A DNA stretch of 64,000 nt, taken from contig CAXXJJ010000001.1 in assembly GCA_963667015.2 (NCBI GenBank), positions 2,656,001 through 2,720,000 of the forward strand. Direction: 5' to 3'. Made by a program: the position numbers and the translations under genes. The notes under the pieces were generated by a model that saw nothing but the letters and a program-made list of their open reading frames with translations, was not told the DNA's origin and ran no database searches. Below, in pieces: positions 37,734-46,808 of the stretch. This DNA is from Desulfatiglandales bacterium (GTDB lineage: Bacteria > Desulfobacterota > DSM-4660 > Desulfatiglandales > HGW-15). The first letter of the stretch is position 1. Each line of letters starts with the position of its first letter.

Positions 37734-38754
37734 GATAAAAGGAATACTCACACCCGGGAAGGTCATATCCGTAACCATGATAATGTGTGTGGTTCTTGCT
37801 GCGGTGGTTATCGCTTCACTTGTACTCGGAACCGCAGACGTATCCTTAAAACAGGTAATGGGGCTCATCACCGGTGCAGTTACGCGGGATGACCCGGTTT
37901 GGTTGATCATCTATAAGATAAGGCTCCCCAGAATAATCCTGGCAGGTCTGGTTGGCTTTGCCCTTTCGCTGGGAGGCGTAACATTTCAGGCCATCCTTAG
38001 AAATCCCCTTGCTGATCCCTTTATCCTTGGTGTATCAAGCGGGTCTGCCTTTGGTGCTGTTCTGGCAATTACCTTTGGCCTCAGTTTCAGCCTCGGGGTT
38101 CCTGTAATGTCCTTTATGGGCGGTTTGCTGACCATCTATCTTGTCATGTCACTCGGTTCCAGAAAAATGGGCATGGAATCATCGACCATACTTCTCACCG
38201 GTGTAATCGTTAATGCATTTTTTACGGCAATAATAATGTTCTTTATTTCGACATCCGCTGATGACCGGCTTCATACCATGCTTTTTTGGCTCTATGGTGA
38301 TCTCAGTCAGAGCCAGTACACACAGCTTCTGATCATTGCACCGTTTATACTGATCGCAGCAGTAATACTTTACTGCTATGCTCGGGACTTCAATATTATC
38401 ACAACAGGTGATGAGATTGCGGCACAGCTTGGCGTTGATGTGGAAAAGACAAAAAAGATCGGCCTCTTGACGGTATCTCTTATCATGGGGCTTGTTGTCG
38501 CATTTTCTGGCCTTATAGGGTTTGTAGGCCTGATCGTTCCACATCTCGCACGAATGGCCTCCAGGTCGGATCATCGTATGCTTATCCCTGTATCTTCAAT
38601 AGGTGGCGCTGTTTTTCTCATTGCCGCTGATACGCTTGCAAGGACCATAGTATCTCCAAGTGAGCTGCCGGTTGGCGTAATAACCGCTTTCCTTGGTGCA
38701 CCTTTCTTTTTAATCCTTCTCAGAAAAAGAGGCAGTCAATGGAGCCGATCCTGA
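37708..38754 (+). CDS. btuC: Cobalamin ABC transporter permease (FecCD family)
   Basis: IRLPR, RNPLADP, IGFVGLIVPH, ELPVGVITA. Confidence 0.9.
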   Translation: MVSMNEQIKIKGILTPGKVISVTMIMCVVLAAVVIASLVLGTADVSLKQVMGLITGAVTRDDPVWLIIYKIRLPRIILAGLVGFALSLGGVTFQAILRNPLADPFILGVSSGSAFGAVLAITFGLSFSLGVPVMSFMGGLLTIYLVMSLGSRKMGMESSTILLTGVIVNAFFTAIIMFFISTSADDRLHTMLFWLYGDLSQSQYTQLLIIAPFILIAAVILYCYARDFNIITTGDEIAAQLGVDVEKTKKIGLLTVSLIMGLVVAFSGLIGFVGLIVPHLARMASRSDHRMLIPVSSIGGAVFLIAADTLARTIVSPSELPVGVITAFLGAPFFLILLRKRGSQWSRS

Positions 38755-39515
38755 AATTAAAAAATATCGGTTTTAAATATGATGAGAAGCAGGTGCTTAA
38801 AGATGTCAGCCTTGCTGTAAATGCAGGTGAGATACTTGGAATACTCGGGCCTAACGGATCAGGGAAAAGCACTCTCTTAAGGGTAATGGACGGTGTCCTT
38901 TCTCCTGAAGAAGGGAGTATAACGATAAACGACAAATCATACCATAGCCTCAAAAGAAATGCCCTTGCAAGGGAAGTGGCCATGGTTGCCCAGGAACAGC
39001 ACTTCAGGTTTTCATTCACATGTATCGAGGTTGTTCTTATGGGCAGATTTCCACATTTAAAACGCATGCAGTTCGAGGATCACAATGACCTGAGGATAGC
39101 AATGGATTCACTGAAGGCTACCCATGCCATCGAATTTGCGGAACGCTCCATACATGACCTGTCAGGTGGTGAAAAGCAGAGGGTGCTTATTGCCAGGGCC
39201 CTTGCACAGGAACCCAGGGTTATCCTGCTTGATGAACCTACTTCCTTTCTGGACCTCAAATTCAAGCGGGAGGTTTTTAAGCTCATCTCCTCATTGAGTA
39301 AAGAAAAAGGTCTCGGTGTGGCAATTGTATCCCATGATATTGACCTTGTGGCACAGTATTGCAGCAAGATTATTTTATTGAAAAACGGGACAGTGTACAG
39401 AACAGGTGATCCGGATACTGTAATAACCGCAGAAAATATAGAAGATGTTTATGAATGCCCGGTACTGGTTGATAAAAATCCTCTGTCAGGCAGACCGAGG
39501 GTCAGCGTAAAATAA
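38739..39515 (+). CDS. btuD: Cobalamin ABC transporter ATPase
   Basis: GPNGSGKST, LSGGEKQR, LLDEPT, SHD. Confidence 0.9.
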   Translation: MEPILKLKNIGFKYDEKQVLKDVSLAVNAGEILGILGPNGSGKSTLLRVMDGVLSPEEGSITINDKSYHSLKRNALAREVAMVAQEQHFRFSFTCIEVVLMGRFPHLKRMQFEDHNDLRIAMDSLKATHAIEFAERSIHDLSGGEKQRVLIARALAQEPRVILLDEPTSFLDLKFKREVFKLISSLSKEKGLGVAIVSHDIDLVAQYCSKIILLKNGTVYRTGDPDTVITAENIEDVYECPVLVDKNPLSGRPRVSVK

Positions 39516-39517
39516 AA

Positions 39518-39587
39518 AATGGTTTGAGGTTTACGGTTTGCGGTATAAGGTTTTCCGTACACCTCATACCGTAAACCGTATACCATT
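39518..39587. repeat. Degenerate heptamer tandem array forming an imperfect inverted repeat
   Basis: GGTTTGA GGTTTAC GGTTTGC GGTATAA GGTTTT then CCGTACA CCTCATA CCGTAAA CCGTATA CC. Confidence 0.7.
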
Positions 39588-39671
39588 CCATCTATAAAGT
39601 GAATATTATATTTGACACGATATTTTGAAACAATTGATGAATATAATTGGGTGACCATATAAGGAGACCAT

Positions 39672-40298
39672 ATGTTCGATTTTTTTATAAAGGGCGGGCC
39701 TGTAATGTACCCGCTGTTATTATGCTCAATAGTTTCCCTTACGGTAATAATAGAACGCGCCATCTTCTGGATTGGTGTGGGCATGCGGAAAAACCAGGAT
39801 CTGCTTAATGAAGTGCTGGATTTATGCAAGAAGAGTGACTGGGAAAGCGTGAGGGTCAAGGCTGCCGGATCAAAGAACTATGTGATAAGGGTCCTTATAA
39901 GCGGGATACTTCACAGGGAATATTCATTGAGCAAGGCTATGGAATCTGCTGCTGCAGATGAAATTACCAGGATGGGGAAATTCATGGGGGTGCTTGACAC
40001 CATGATTACTGTTGCTCCACTAATGGGAATATTGGGGACCGTTCTTGGAATCATTGAATCATTCAGCATGCTCGATTCATTTGGAATTGAGAATCCACAG
40101 GCAGTTACAGGCGGTATTGCACAGGCCCTTATTACTACTGCAACAGGCCTTACAATAGCCATAGTAACTGTCTTTCCATATAATTATTTCAATTCAAGGA
40201 TAGAAAAGGCTGTAAAGAATATTGAAAAATATGCCACAAGTTTTGAGATAGTGTATGAGCGTAATATCGTATCAGAGAGCAATGAGGAACAGGAATAA
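39672..40298 (+). CDS. exbB: ExbB proton channel
   Basis: GGPVMYPL, APLMGILGTV, GIAQALITTATGL. Confidence 0.92.
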   Translation: MFDFFIKGGPVMYPLLLCSIVSLTVIIERAIFWIGVGMRKNQDLLNEVLDLCKKSDWESVRVKAAGSKNYVIRVLISGILHREYSLSKAMESAAADEITRMGKFMGVLDTMITVAPLMGILGTVLGIIESFSMLDSFGIENPQAVTGGIAQALITTATGLTIAIVTVFPYNYFNSRIEKAVKNIEKYATSFEIVYERNIVSESNEEQE

Positions 40299-40702
40299 TG
40301 AAAGTAGATCTCCCATCTACCAAAAAAACACGGATAGAGATGCTGCCCCTTATTGATGTGGTATTTCTTCTCCTTGTCGTTTTTATCTATACAATGCTTT
40401 CAATGGCTGTTCATAGAGGACTTAATGTCGATCTGCCAAAATCAGAGACAGCGATGATAGAAAAACAACTAGTGCTTTCAGTCTCTATTGATAGTAATAG
40501 GCTTATTTATATAGATGAACAAAAATGCGATCCTGAAGATCTTACTGAAACGCTCAGGGAATTGACACGGGATAAAAAAAATCCGGGGGTGCTTCTCTTT
40601 GCTGATAAGGCGATCCCCTACCAGGATCTTTTTAAGGTGCTGGATAAAATAAGAGAGGCCGGGCTAAACAGGATATCCCTCCAGGCAGAGGCAGAAGAAT
40701 AG
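40298..40702 (+). CDS. exbD: Biopolymer transport protein ExbD
   Basis: PLIDVVFLLL, DLP, ADK. Confidence 0.92.
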   Translation: MKVDLPSTKKTRIEMLPLIDVVFLLLVVFIYTMLSMAVHRGLNVDLPKSETAMIEKQLVLSVSIDSNRLIYIDEQKCDPEDLTETLRELTRDKKNPGVLLFADKAIPYQDLFKVLDKIREAGLNRISLQAEAEE

Positions 40703-41368
40703 ATGAAAAGACTTTTACCGGCTGTCCTGATAGCCATTTTTTTTCATGCATTATTTTTTGCTATTAATTCGGAATGGCTCATTAAGAAAGTCGCAAGGGT
40801 GCAGAGACCGGCCATAACAGTGACCATGTCATATAAAAAGAAGCCTGCGACGCCTGCCCCTGTCAAAAAAACTCCTCAAAAAAAACCAAAAGAAAAAAAG
40901 GTAAAGGTCGTTAAAAAGGTCCAAAAACCTGTTCCTGTGGTTAAAAAAGAGGTTCCGGAACCTTTAAAGGAAGAAGTTATAGTTGAAGAAGATATCGGGC
41001 CTGTAGAAGAGGCTGCAAATGATCCCGACCCGATGGAGGTTACTGATACCGGTGAGTATTCGGATGCTGTGGAAGAAAGTGGCTCAGGAACGGTGTCAGA
41101 GGCTGTACCTTTGTACAGGATGAATCCTGAGCCGAGATATCCGAAGATGGCACGAAAAAGAGGCTATCAGGGGACTGTTCTGTTAAGCGTACTTGTAAAC
41201 AAAGAGGGTTTGGTTGACGATTTGTGGCTTTATAAGTCATGCGGATATAAAATACTGGATAATGCAGCGATAGAGGCTGTTAAAGACTGGACTTTTGAGC
41301 CGGGGAAAAAAGGCGATGATGCAGTTGAAATGTGGGTTGAGGTTCCTGTGATATTTAAGCTGGAGTAA
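40703..41368 (+). CDS. tonB: Energy transducer TonB
   Basis: N-terminal TM with His, Lys/Pro-rich linker, PRYPKMAR...LDNAA...WTFEPG C-domain. Confidence 0.92.
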   Translation: MKRLLPAVLIAIFFHALFFAINSEWLIKKVARVQRPAITVTMSYKKKPATPAPVKKTPQKKPKEKKVKVVKKVQKPVPVVKKEVPEPLKEEVIVEEDIGPVEEAANDPDPMEVTDTGEYSDAVEESGSGTVSEAVPLYRMNPEPRYPKMARKRGYQGTVLLSVLVNKEGLVDDLWLYKSCGYKILDNAAIEAVKDWTFEPGKKGDDAVEMWVEVPVIFKLE

Positions 41369-41373
41369 AATAA

Positions 41374-41455
41374 AGGCAAATGGCGCAGGGCTCAAGGCGC
41401 AAGTACAATGCGCATGGAGCGTATTTCCCTGAGCCCTGAGCCATGTACCTTGCGC
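41374..41455. repeat. Degenerate heptamer tandem array forming an imperfect inverted repeat
   Basis: AGGCAAA TGGCGCA GGGCTCA AGGCGCA ... CCTGAGC CCTGAGC CATGTAC CTTGCGC. Confidence 0.7.
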
Positions 41456-41515
41456 AGGGTTAAAATTATTAATAATCCTATTGATTGTAATAAAGTAAAA
41501 ATTGGAGAAATTTAA

Positions 41516-43015
41516 TTGAGTCAAGCTATCATGTTTCTAGGCACCGGCAGTGATGTTGGAAAATCCATTACTGCTGCGGCTTTTTGCAGGATATTCAAAC
41601 GCAAAGGCTTTAATGTGGCACCCTTTAAGGCTCAGAATATGTCCAATAATTCATATGTTACGGTCGAAGGAGGCGAAATAGGCAGGGCCCAGGTTGTTCA
41701 GGCCGAGGCCGCAGGAGTCCTGCCTTCGATTCATATGAATCCGATACTATTAAAGCCGTCTTCCATGCTGGGTTCCCAGATTGTTCTTCAGGGCAGGGTG
41801 TTTGATCAAATGGAAGCTGCAAAATATCATGACTTTAAGCCAATGCTGAAAAAGACTGTCATGGAGTCATATAATATCCTTGCCGGGCAATATGACCTTA
41901 TTGTTATGGAAGGAGCAGGAAGCTGCTGTGAGATGAACCTCAAAAAAAATGACCTGGTTAACCTCTCAATGGCAAAGGCTGCGGGTGCTCCATGTATTCT
42001 TGTGGCCGATATTGATAGGGGAGGTGTATTTGCACAGGTAATCGGATCATATGATTTAATGTCTCCAGTGGAGAAGAAAATGGTCATGGGCTTCGTAATA
42101 AATAAGTTTCGCGGTGATCCTGATCTTTTCACTGATGGTATTAAATATATAGAGAAGAAGACCGGAAAGCCTGTGTTGGGCCTTGTACCATACTTTCATG
42201 ATATACAGATCGATTCAGAGGATTCGGTCGCAGTTCAGTTTGACAAATTACCCATGAAACCTGTCAGTAAAAAGACTATAAATATTGCAGTCCTGAGACT
42301 TCCTGCAATCTCCAATTTTACTGATCTCGAAATCCTTAACACAGAAAAAGATATTGTTGTAAATTATCTATCAAATAAGAATGAACTCACCGATGAATAC
42401 GACTGCCTAATTATCCCCGGTACGAAGAATGTTATGGAAGATGCAGCATGGCTTTCAAAACTGGGATGGAAGAAAAAAATAAATGAATTTGTTTTAAAAG
42501 GAAAAAGTGTCCTGGGGATATGCGGCGGGTATCAGCTTTTAGGAAAGGTTATTTCTGATCCTCATGGGGTTGAATCGAACCAGAAAAAAATATCCGGACT
42601 TAATCTTTTACCGGTAGAGACAGTCCTTGAGGCCGATAAGATAGTAAGAAAGATAACCGGTAAGAGCTTGAATAATAATAAAACTGTAAAAGGCTATGAA
42701 ATCCACATGGGGCTGACCAGGATAATAGATAACAGTGGAATGCCCCTGTTGAAGATAAAAGAAGAAAATGGGAAGGATTCCTGGGTTGACGGCTGTTATA
42801 TTCCTGACAATGATATAGCCGGGACCTATGTACACGGTATACTTGATTCACCCGGATTCAGGGGTGAGATATTAAACAGGTTGAGAAAAAAGAAAAGAAT
42901 AAAAGAGAGAAACCCGGGTAATGGCAGGGCCATGCGGTTTCGTGAGTATGAGCGCCTTGCGGATCATTTTGAGAAGTATTGTGATGTTGAGAGGATTGTT
43001 TCGAATATTTCATAA
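41516..43015 (+). CDS. cbiP: Cobyric acid synthase
   Basis: TTG start; GTGSDVGKS, PFKAQNMS, EGAGS, DIDRGG, ISNFTD, GICGGYQ, GYEIHMG, GTYVHG. Confidence 0.95.
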   Translation: MSQAIMFLGTGSDVGKSITAAAFCRIFKRKGFNVAPFKAQNMSNNSYVTVEGGEIGRAQVVQAEAAGVLPSIHMNPILLKPSSMLGSQIVLQGRVFDQMEAAKYHDFKPMLKKTVMESYNILAGQYDLIVMEGAGSCCEMNLKKNDLVNLSMAKAAGAPCILVADIDRGGVFAQVIGSYDLMSPVEKKMVMGFVINKFRGDPDLFTDGIKYIEKKTGKPVLGLVPYFHDIQIDSEDSVAVQFDKLPMKPVSKKTINIAVLRLPAISNFTDLEILNTEKDIVVNYLSNKNELTDEYDCLIIPGTKNVMEDAAWLSKLGWKKKINEFVLKGKSVLGICGGYQLLGKVISDPHGVESNQKKISGLNLLPVETVLEADKIVRKITGKSLNNNKTVKGYEIHMGLTRIIDNSGMPLLKIKEENGKDSWVDGCYIPDNDIAGTYVHGILDSPGFRGEILNRLRKKKRIKERNPGNGRAMRFREYERLADHFEKYCDVERIVSNIS

Positions 43016-43088
43016 TGAAATAATCCAAAAAAGTGGAATTTAGATAAAAATAATCCTGATAACTGGGATATTCAGAGGAAAACAAACA

Positions 43089-43634
43089 ATGTTTAAAACA
43101 GAATTCAAACAGGGAACTATTCTTGTCCTCGGCGGTGCACGGAGCGGTAAAAGCAGTTTTGCATTAGAACTTTGCAATAAAATGGAAGGTAAACGTTATT
43201 TTATAGCCACTGCCCAGGCCTTTGATGATGAGATGGAAGATCGCATAAAACGTCATCAGGAAGAGCGCGGTTGCGAATGGAAGACTATAGAAGAGACAAT
43301 TGAAATAGCAGAAAGAATAAGTGAAATTGATAATGCGAATTCAATTATTCTTGTCGACTGCCTGACCCTGTGGCTTAGTAATCTTTTTATGAAATATGAA
43401 TCCGATAATGATAAGGTTTATAAAAAAATCGGTGAACTGGTTTCTGGATTTACTGATATAAAAGGCAGAGTTGTTTTTGTGAGTAATGAAGTCGGGATGG
43501 GGATTGTTCCGGAAAATAAACTGGCAAGGCTCTACAGGGATGCTGCCGGTGCATTGAACCGCAAAATGGCAGAGAAGGCTGCCAAGGTGGTTATCACATT
43601 TTCCGGACTGCCTATGATCTTGAAAGAGGGATAA
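43089..43634 (+). CDS. cobU: Adenosylcobinamide kinase / cobinamide-phosphate guanylyltransferase
   Basis: GGARSGKS, RIKRHQEER, DCLTLW, VSNEVGMGIVP. Confidence 0.95.
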   Translation: MFKTEFKQGTILVLGGARSGKSSFALELCNKMEGKRYFIATAQAFDDEMEDRIKRHQEERGCEWKTIEETIEIAERISEIDNANSIILVDCLTLWLSNLFMKYESDNDKVYKKIGELVSGFTDIKGRVVFVSNEVGMGIVPENKLARLYRDAAGALNRKMAEKAAKVVITFSGLPMILKEG

Positions 43635-43637
43635 GAT

Positions 43638-44153
43638 ATGAAAGGATATGTACAGGTTTATACCGGTGATGGTAAGGGAAAAACTACTGCGGCGCTGGGA
43701 CTGGCAGTAAGGGCATTCGGTGCTGGATTAAATGTATACATGGCCCAGTTTGTAAAAGGCATGAAATACAGCGAGCAGGAAACATTCAAGGTTTTATCCG
43801 ATCATCTGACTGTTAAACAATATGGCAGAGGCTGCTTTATTAAGGGTAATCCTGCTGAAGAAGATATCATTGCTGCCAGGGACGGATTAAAAGAAGTAAG
43901 AGAACTCATGCTTTCGGGGAAATACCAGGTGCTCATCCTTGATGAGGCCAACATAGCAACGTTCTATAACCTGTTCAGTGTTGATGATCTGCTTGATCTG
44001 ATAAATGATAAACCTGCTGATGTTGAACTCATTATTACCGGCAGAAGGGCAGATCCAAGGATAATTGAGGTCGCAGATCTTGTCACGGAAATGAAAGAGA
44101 TTAAACATTATTACCAGGAAGGTGTTGTTGCACGGGTCGGAATAGAAAAGTAA
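43638..44153 (+). CDS. cobO: Cob(I)yrinic acid a,c-diamide adenosyltransferase (CobO/CobA/BtuR type)
   Basis: YTGDGKGKTTAALG, QFVKG, LDE, TGR, ADLVTEM, KHYY. Confidence 0.93.
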   Translation: MKGYVQVYTGDGKGKTTAALGLAVRAFGAGLNVYMAQFVKGMKYSEQETFKVLSDHLTVKQYGRGCFIKGNPAEEDIIAARDGLKEVRELMLSGKYQVLILDEANIATFYNLFSVDDLLDLINDKPADVELIITGRRADPRIIEVADLVTEMKEIKHYYQEGVVARVGIEK

Positions 44154-44160
44154 AAAAGAA

Positions 44161-44191
44161 AGGCGCATGGCTCAGGGCGCAAGGTTCAAGG
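44161..44191 (+). repeat. Heptamer tandem array, same family as 41374..41455
   Basis: AGGCGCA TGGCTCA GGGCGCA AGGTTCA AGG. Confidence 0.7.
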
Positions 44192-44217
44192 ATAAAAAAT
44201 CCTATCTTTATGAAATT

Positions 44218-44241
44218 GTAGGGGCACGACGCATCGTGCCC
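44218..44241 (+). repeat. GTAG-family REP-like palindrome
   Basis: GTAG followed by GGGCACGA-cgca-TCGTGCCC perfect 8 bp stem. Confidence 0.6.
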
Positions 44242-44323
44242 TTTGCCTTTCATGTTTTAACAATAAAAAAGCTTTTGTATTTCTTCGCGTTCTTCGCGTC
44301 TTGGCGGTTCAGTTTATATCTGT

Positions 44324-45244
44324 TTACGGTTTATGAATTATCTTTCCCCTTGTATCGTATTTTACTCTGGCCTCAACATTTGCTTTTCTGCGGTTGTTTT
44401 CAAAGTCTTTACGTTTCTGATTAATCTCTTCATCCGGGAAGTATGAAAGTATCCATTCAAAGTTTTCTTCCACCTCTGCCTTCATCTCAGCGTGTGTAAA
44501 GATAAACAGATCCCTGTTTTTCATGCCTTTGAGAACTCTCTCTCCAACTTCAATGGGAGCCATGCCCGGGAATACAGTGGAATCCTCCATGTCGATATAT
44601 TTGCCTTCCTCGACATTGTAACCGCTGTTTTTAAACTGGGCAGGCCTTAATTCTTCTGTTTTGCCTATTTTTGAGTTTACAAAGCCAGGACATACAATAG
44701 ATACCCATATATTCTGCGGAGCAAGATTGTACCACAATGTTTCTGACATGCCTCTTAATGCGGCTTTAATGGCGCTGTGTATTCCTGTTCCGTGGGAAGT
44801 TACGAATGCTGCCATGGATGATGTGGTTACAACATGGCCTCCTTCTCCATGGGATTTAATTTTTGGCAGAAAATGTACAAGACCGTTCACCTGTCCCCAG
44901 AAGCAGACGTTGAACATCCAGTCCCAGTCATCAAAGGTGGCTTCATCAAGAGGTCCGAATATATTAATACCTGCATTGTTGCAGAGGATATGAAGTTTTC
45001 CGAATGCCTTTTCTGCCTCATCAGCCGCTTCCTTCATGGCATCCCGGTCCGAAACGTCTACTGCAATGGTGTAGACATTTTTGTTATATTTTTTTACTTC
45101 TTCTGCTGCCCTGTCCAGGTCATCCTGCCGGATATCGCTCATGATAACGTTTATGCCTTCTTTGGCAAACGCAACCGACATGCCAAGGCCTACTCCGTTT
45201 GCAGCGCCGGTGATAAATGCTGTTTTCCCTTTATAATCGCTCAT
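44324..45244 (-). CDS. Short-chain dehydrogenase/reductase (SDR)
   Basis: ITGAANGVG, DVS, NNAG, TSS, VCPGFV; catalytic YxxxK reads HSAIK. Confidence 0.9.
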   Translation of the reverse strand: MSDYKGKTAFITGAANGVGLGMSVAFAKEGINVIMSDIRQDDLDRAAEEVKKYNKNVYTIAVDVSDRDAMKEAADEAEKAFGKLHILCNNAGINIFGPLDEATFDDWDWMFNVCFWGQVNGLVHFLPKIKSHGEGGHVVTTSSMAAFVTSHGTGIHSAIKAALRGMSETLWYNLAPQNIWVSIVCPGFVNSKIGKTEELRPAQFKNSGYNVEEGKYIDMEDSTVFPGMAPIEVGERVLKGMKNRDLFIFTHAEMKAEVEENFEWILSYFPDEEINQKRKDFENNRRKANVEARVKYDTRGKIIHKP

Positions 45245-45511
45245 GATTTCTCCTGTAGATAATAAATTTTAATTGATAATATATAGAAGGATAATCTATC
45301 CGTGTCAAAAGAATAATAACAGGCCCATTGCACGGGGTGCATCCGCAGTCGTCCTGAAGCTATGGCGGAACAGAGGTACAAGGAAAAAGGAATAAAATCG
45401 TATAAAATGATTACTTCATGTTGACAAAATGATGTGCCTCGTATAGTAAATAACCCTGATTCTATGAATGAAAAGAACCGCCCTGACGAAGTATAAAGGT
45501 GGTAATATAAA

Positions 45512-45670
45512 CAATCATTTTTCAAACGGAATCCCGTTAAAATCGGGAACGGTCCCGCCGCTGTGGCCCCGTAGTTATTCCTTCGGTAATGAGTTGTCAC
45601 TGTTTTGATTCATCAAGACGGGAAGGCAGCCGAGAGGTAAGGGGAAGTCAGAAGACGAGTTGAATGGTTG
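45512..45670 (+). ncRNA. Cobalamin riboswitch, atypical variant
   Basis: Core GGAATCCCGTTAAAATCGGGA-ACGGTCCCGCCGCTGTG...GTCACTG...GGGAAGGC...AGTCAGAAGAC closely matches the 32451 copy; closing stem CAATCATT/AATGGTTG; lacks 5' GGTGC hairpin and 3' CTGCC. Confidence 0.82.
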
Positions 45671-45690
45671 ATAGTTGAACTTGATGGTAA

Positions 45691-45732
45691 AGGGTTCTGA
45701 AAGGTTTTAATACCTTTCGGAGCCCTTTTTTT
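45691..45732 (+). terminator. Riboswitch-associated intrinsic terminator
   Basis: AGGGTTCTGAAAGGT-tttaat-ACCTTTCGGAGCCCT followed by T tract, between aptamer and first ORF. Confidence 0.82.
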
Positions 45733-45779
45733 GTTTTATCGGGCAGGCACAGGCCCTGGAGTTTAAAAGGCAAGGCATA

Positions 45780-46799
45780 ATGAAAACAGCATTTATTACC
45801 GGTATAAATCAACTTGAAATCAGAAACATCCCTGAACCGACTGTACCTGATAATGGCGTAATGGTAAAAATGAAGAGCGTTGCAGTTTGCGGCACAGATA
45901 TCAAGATGATTGCCAATGGGCACAGAGACCTTTCACTGCCAAGGGTGCCGGGACACGAGGGAACAGGTGTTGTGGTTGAAAGCCTTAATAAAGACTTTCA
46001 GCCGGGTGATGTTGTGGCTGTCTATCCCGGTATTTTCTGCGGCAGGTGTACGAACTGCCAGGCCGGGCATACTGCAAGGTGCAGTGCAATAAGCATTTTC
46101 GGCTTTAACAGGGATGGGCTTTTCAGGGAGTTTGTGCCTCTTGCAGAAGAAGAGACAAAAAGCCTGGTGGTGTTATCCGGAAATGGTGACAATAGTTTTT
46201 TTACCATTGCAGAACCTCTTGCCTGCTGTATATCGGCATATAAAAAGGTTAACGTTAAAAATGGCACAGCCCTTATTATTGGTGCCGGGTCAGTCGGCAG
46301 TATATTTGCCGCGCTGCTGGCAGCTGATAGATGGAAAAGGATTGTAATAACTGACAGGGATGTAAAGAGACTGGAATCTCAGATCCCTGAATTTGTTGAA
46401 ACTATAAAATCGGAGGCATCATCACTGGATGATGCATTAGCAAAAAACGGGCATGATTATGGCTTTGACCTGGTTGTTCCCTGCTGCCCTGAAGGGCTGA
46501 ACTGGCCTTTCTGGAAATTTATGAATCCGGGAGGTGCAGCTATTTTATTTTCAGGTAATTCCGGGAACGTAGACCAGAGGGCTGTTGATATAAATGAGAT
46601 ACATTACAGGGAGCTGGTTCTTGCAGGGTCCTATGGCTGCAACATGGAAGATTTTGAGGATGCGATTGAAATGATTGAACAGGATAAAATCAATTTGTCT
46701 TTTTTTTCTCCATACAGGACATCCCTTGATGAATTACCTGAATGCATGGAGAAAATAAAAACTGATAATATTAAAAAAATTATCATCGATAGATTTTAG
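45780..46799 (+). CDS. Zinc-dependent medium-chain dehydrogenase (threonine/iditol dehydrogenase-like)
   Basis: CGTD, GHE, CGRCTNCQAGHTARC structural Zn, EPLAC, IIGAGSVG. Confidence 0.88.
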   Translation: MKTAFITGINQLEIRNIPEPTVPDNGVMVKMKSVAVCGTDIKMIANGHRDLSLPRVPGHEGTGVVVESLNKDFQPGDVVAVYPGIFCGRCTNCQAGHTARCSAISIFGFNRDGLFREFVPLAEEETKSLVVLSGNGDNSFFTIAEPLACCISAYKKVNVKNGTALIIGAGSVGSIFAALLAADRWKRIVITDRDVKRLESQIPEFVETIKSEASSLDDALAKNGHDYGFDLVVPCCPEGLNWPFWKFMNPGGAAILFSGNSGNVDQRAVDINEIHYRELVLAGSYGCNMEDFEDAIEMIEQDKINLSFFSPYRTSLDELPECMEKIKTDNIKKIIIDRF

Positions 46800-46808
46800 G
46801 AGGTAACT

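Noticed and set aside
39518..44307. Repeats as a CRISPR array or IS ends
   Set aside because: Units are 7-9 nt with no spacers, and no cas or transposase gene is present.
44167..44424. 85 aa ORF after cobO
   Set aside because: Translation of intergenic repeats that runs antisense into the SDR.
45241..45600. 119 aa minus-strand ORF abutting the SDR
   Set aside because: Overlaps the riboswitch and promoter region in antisense; no protein-like features.
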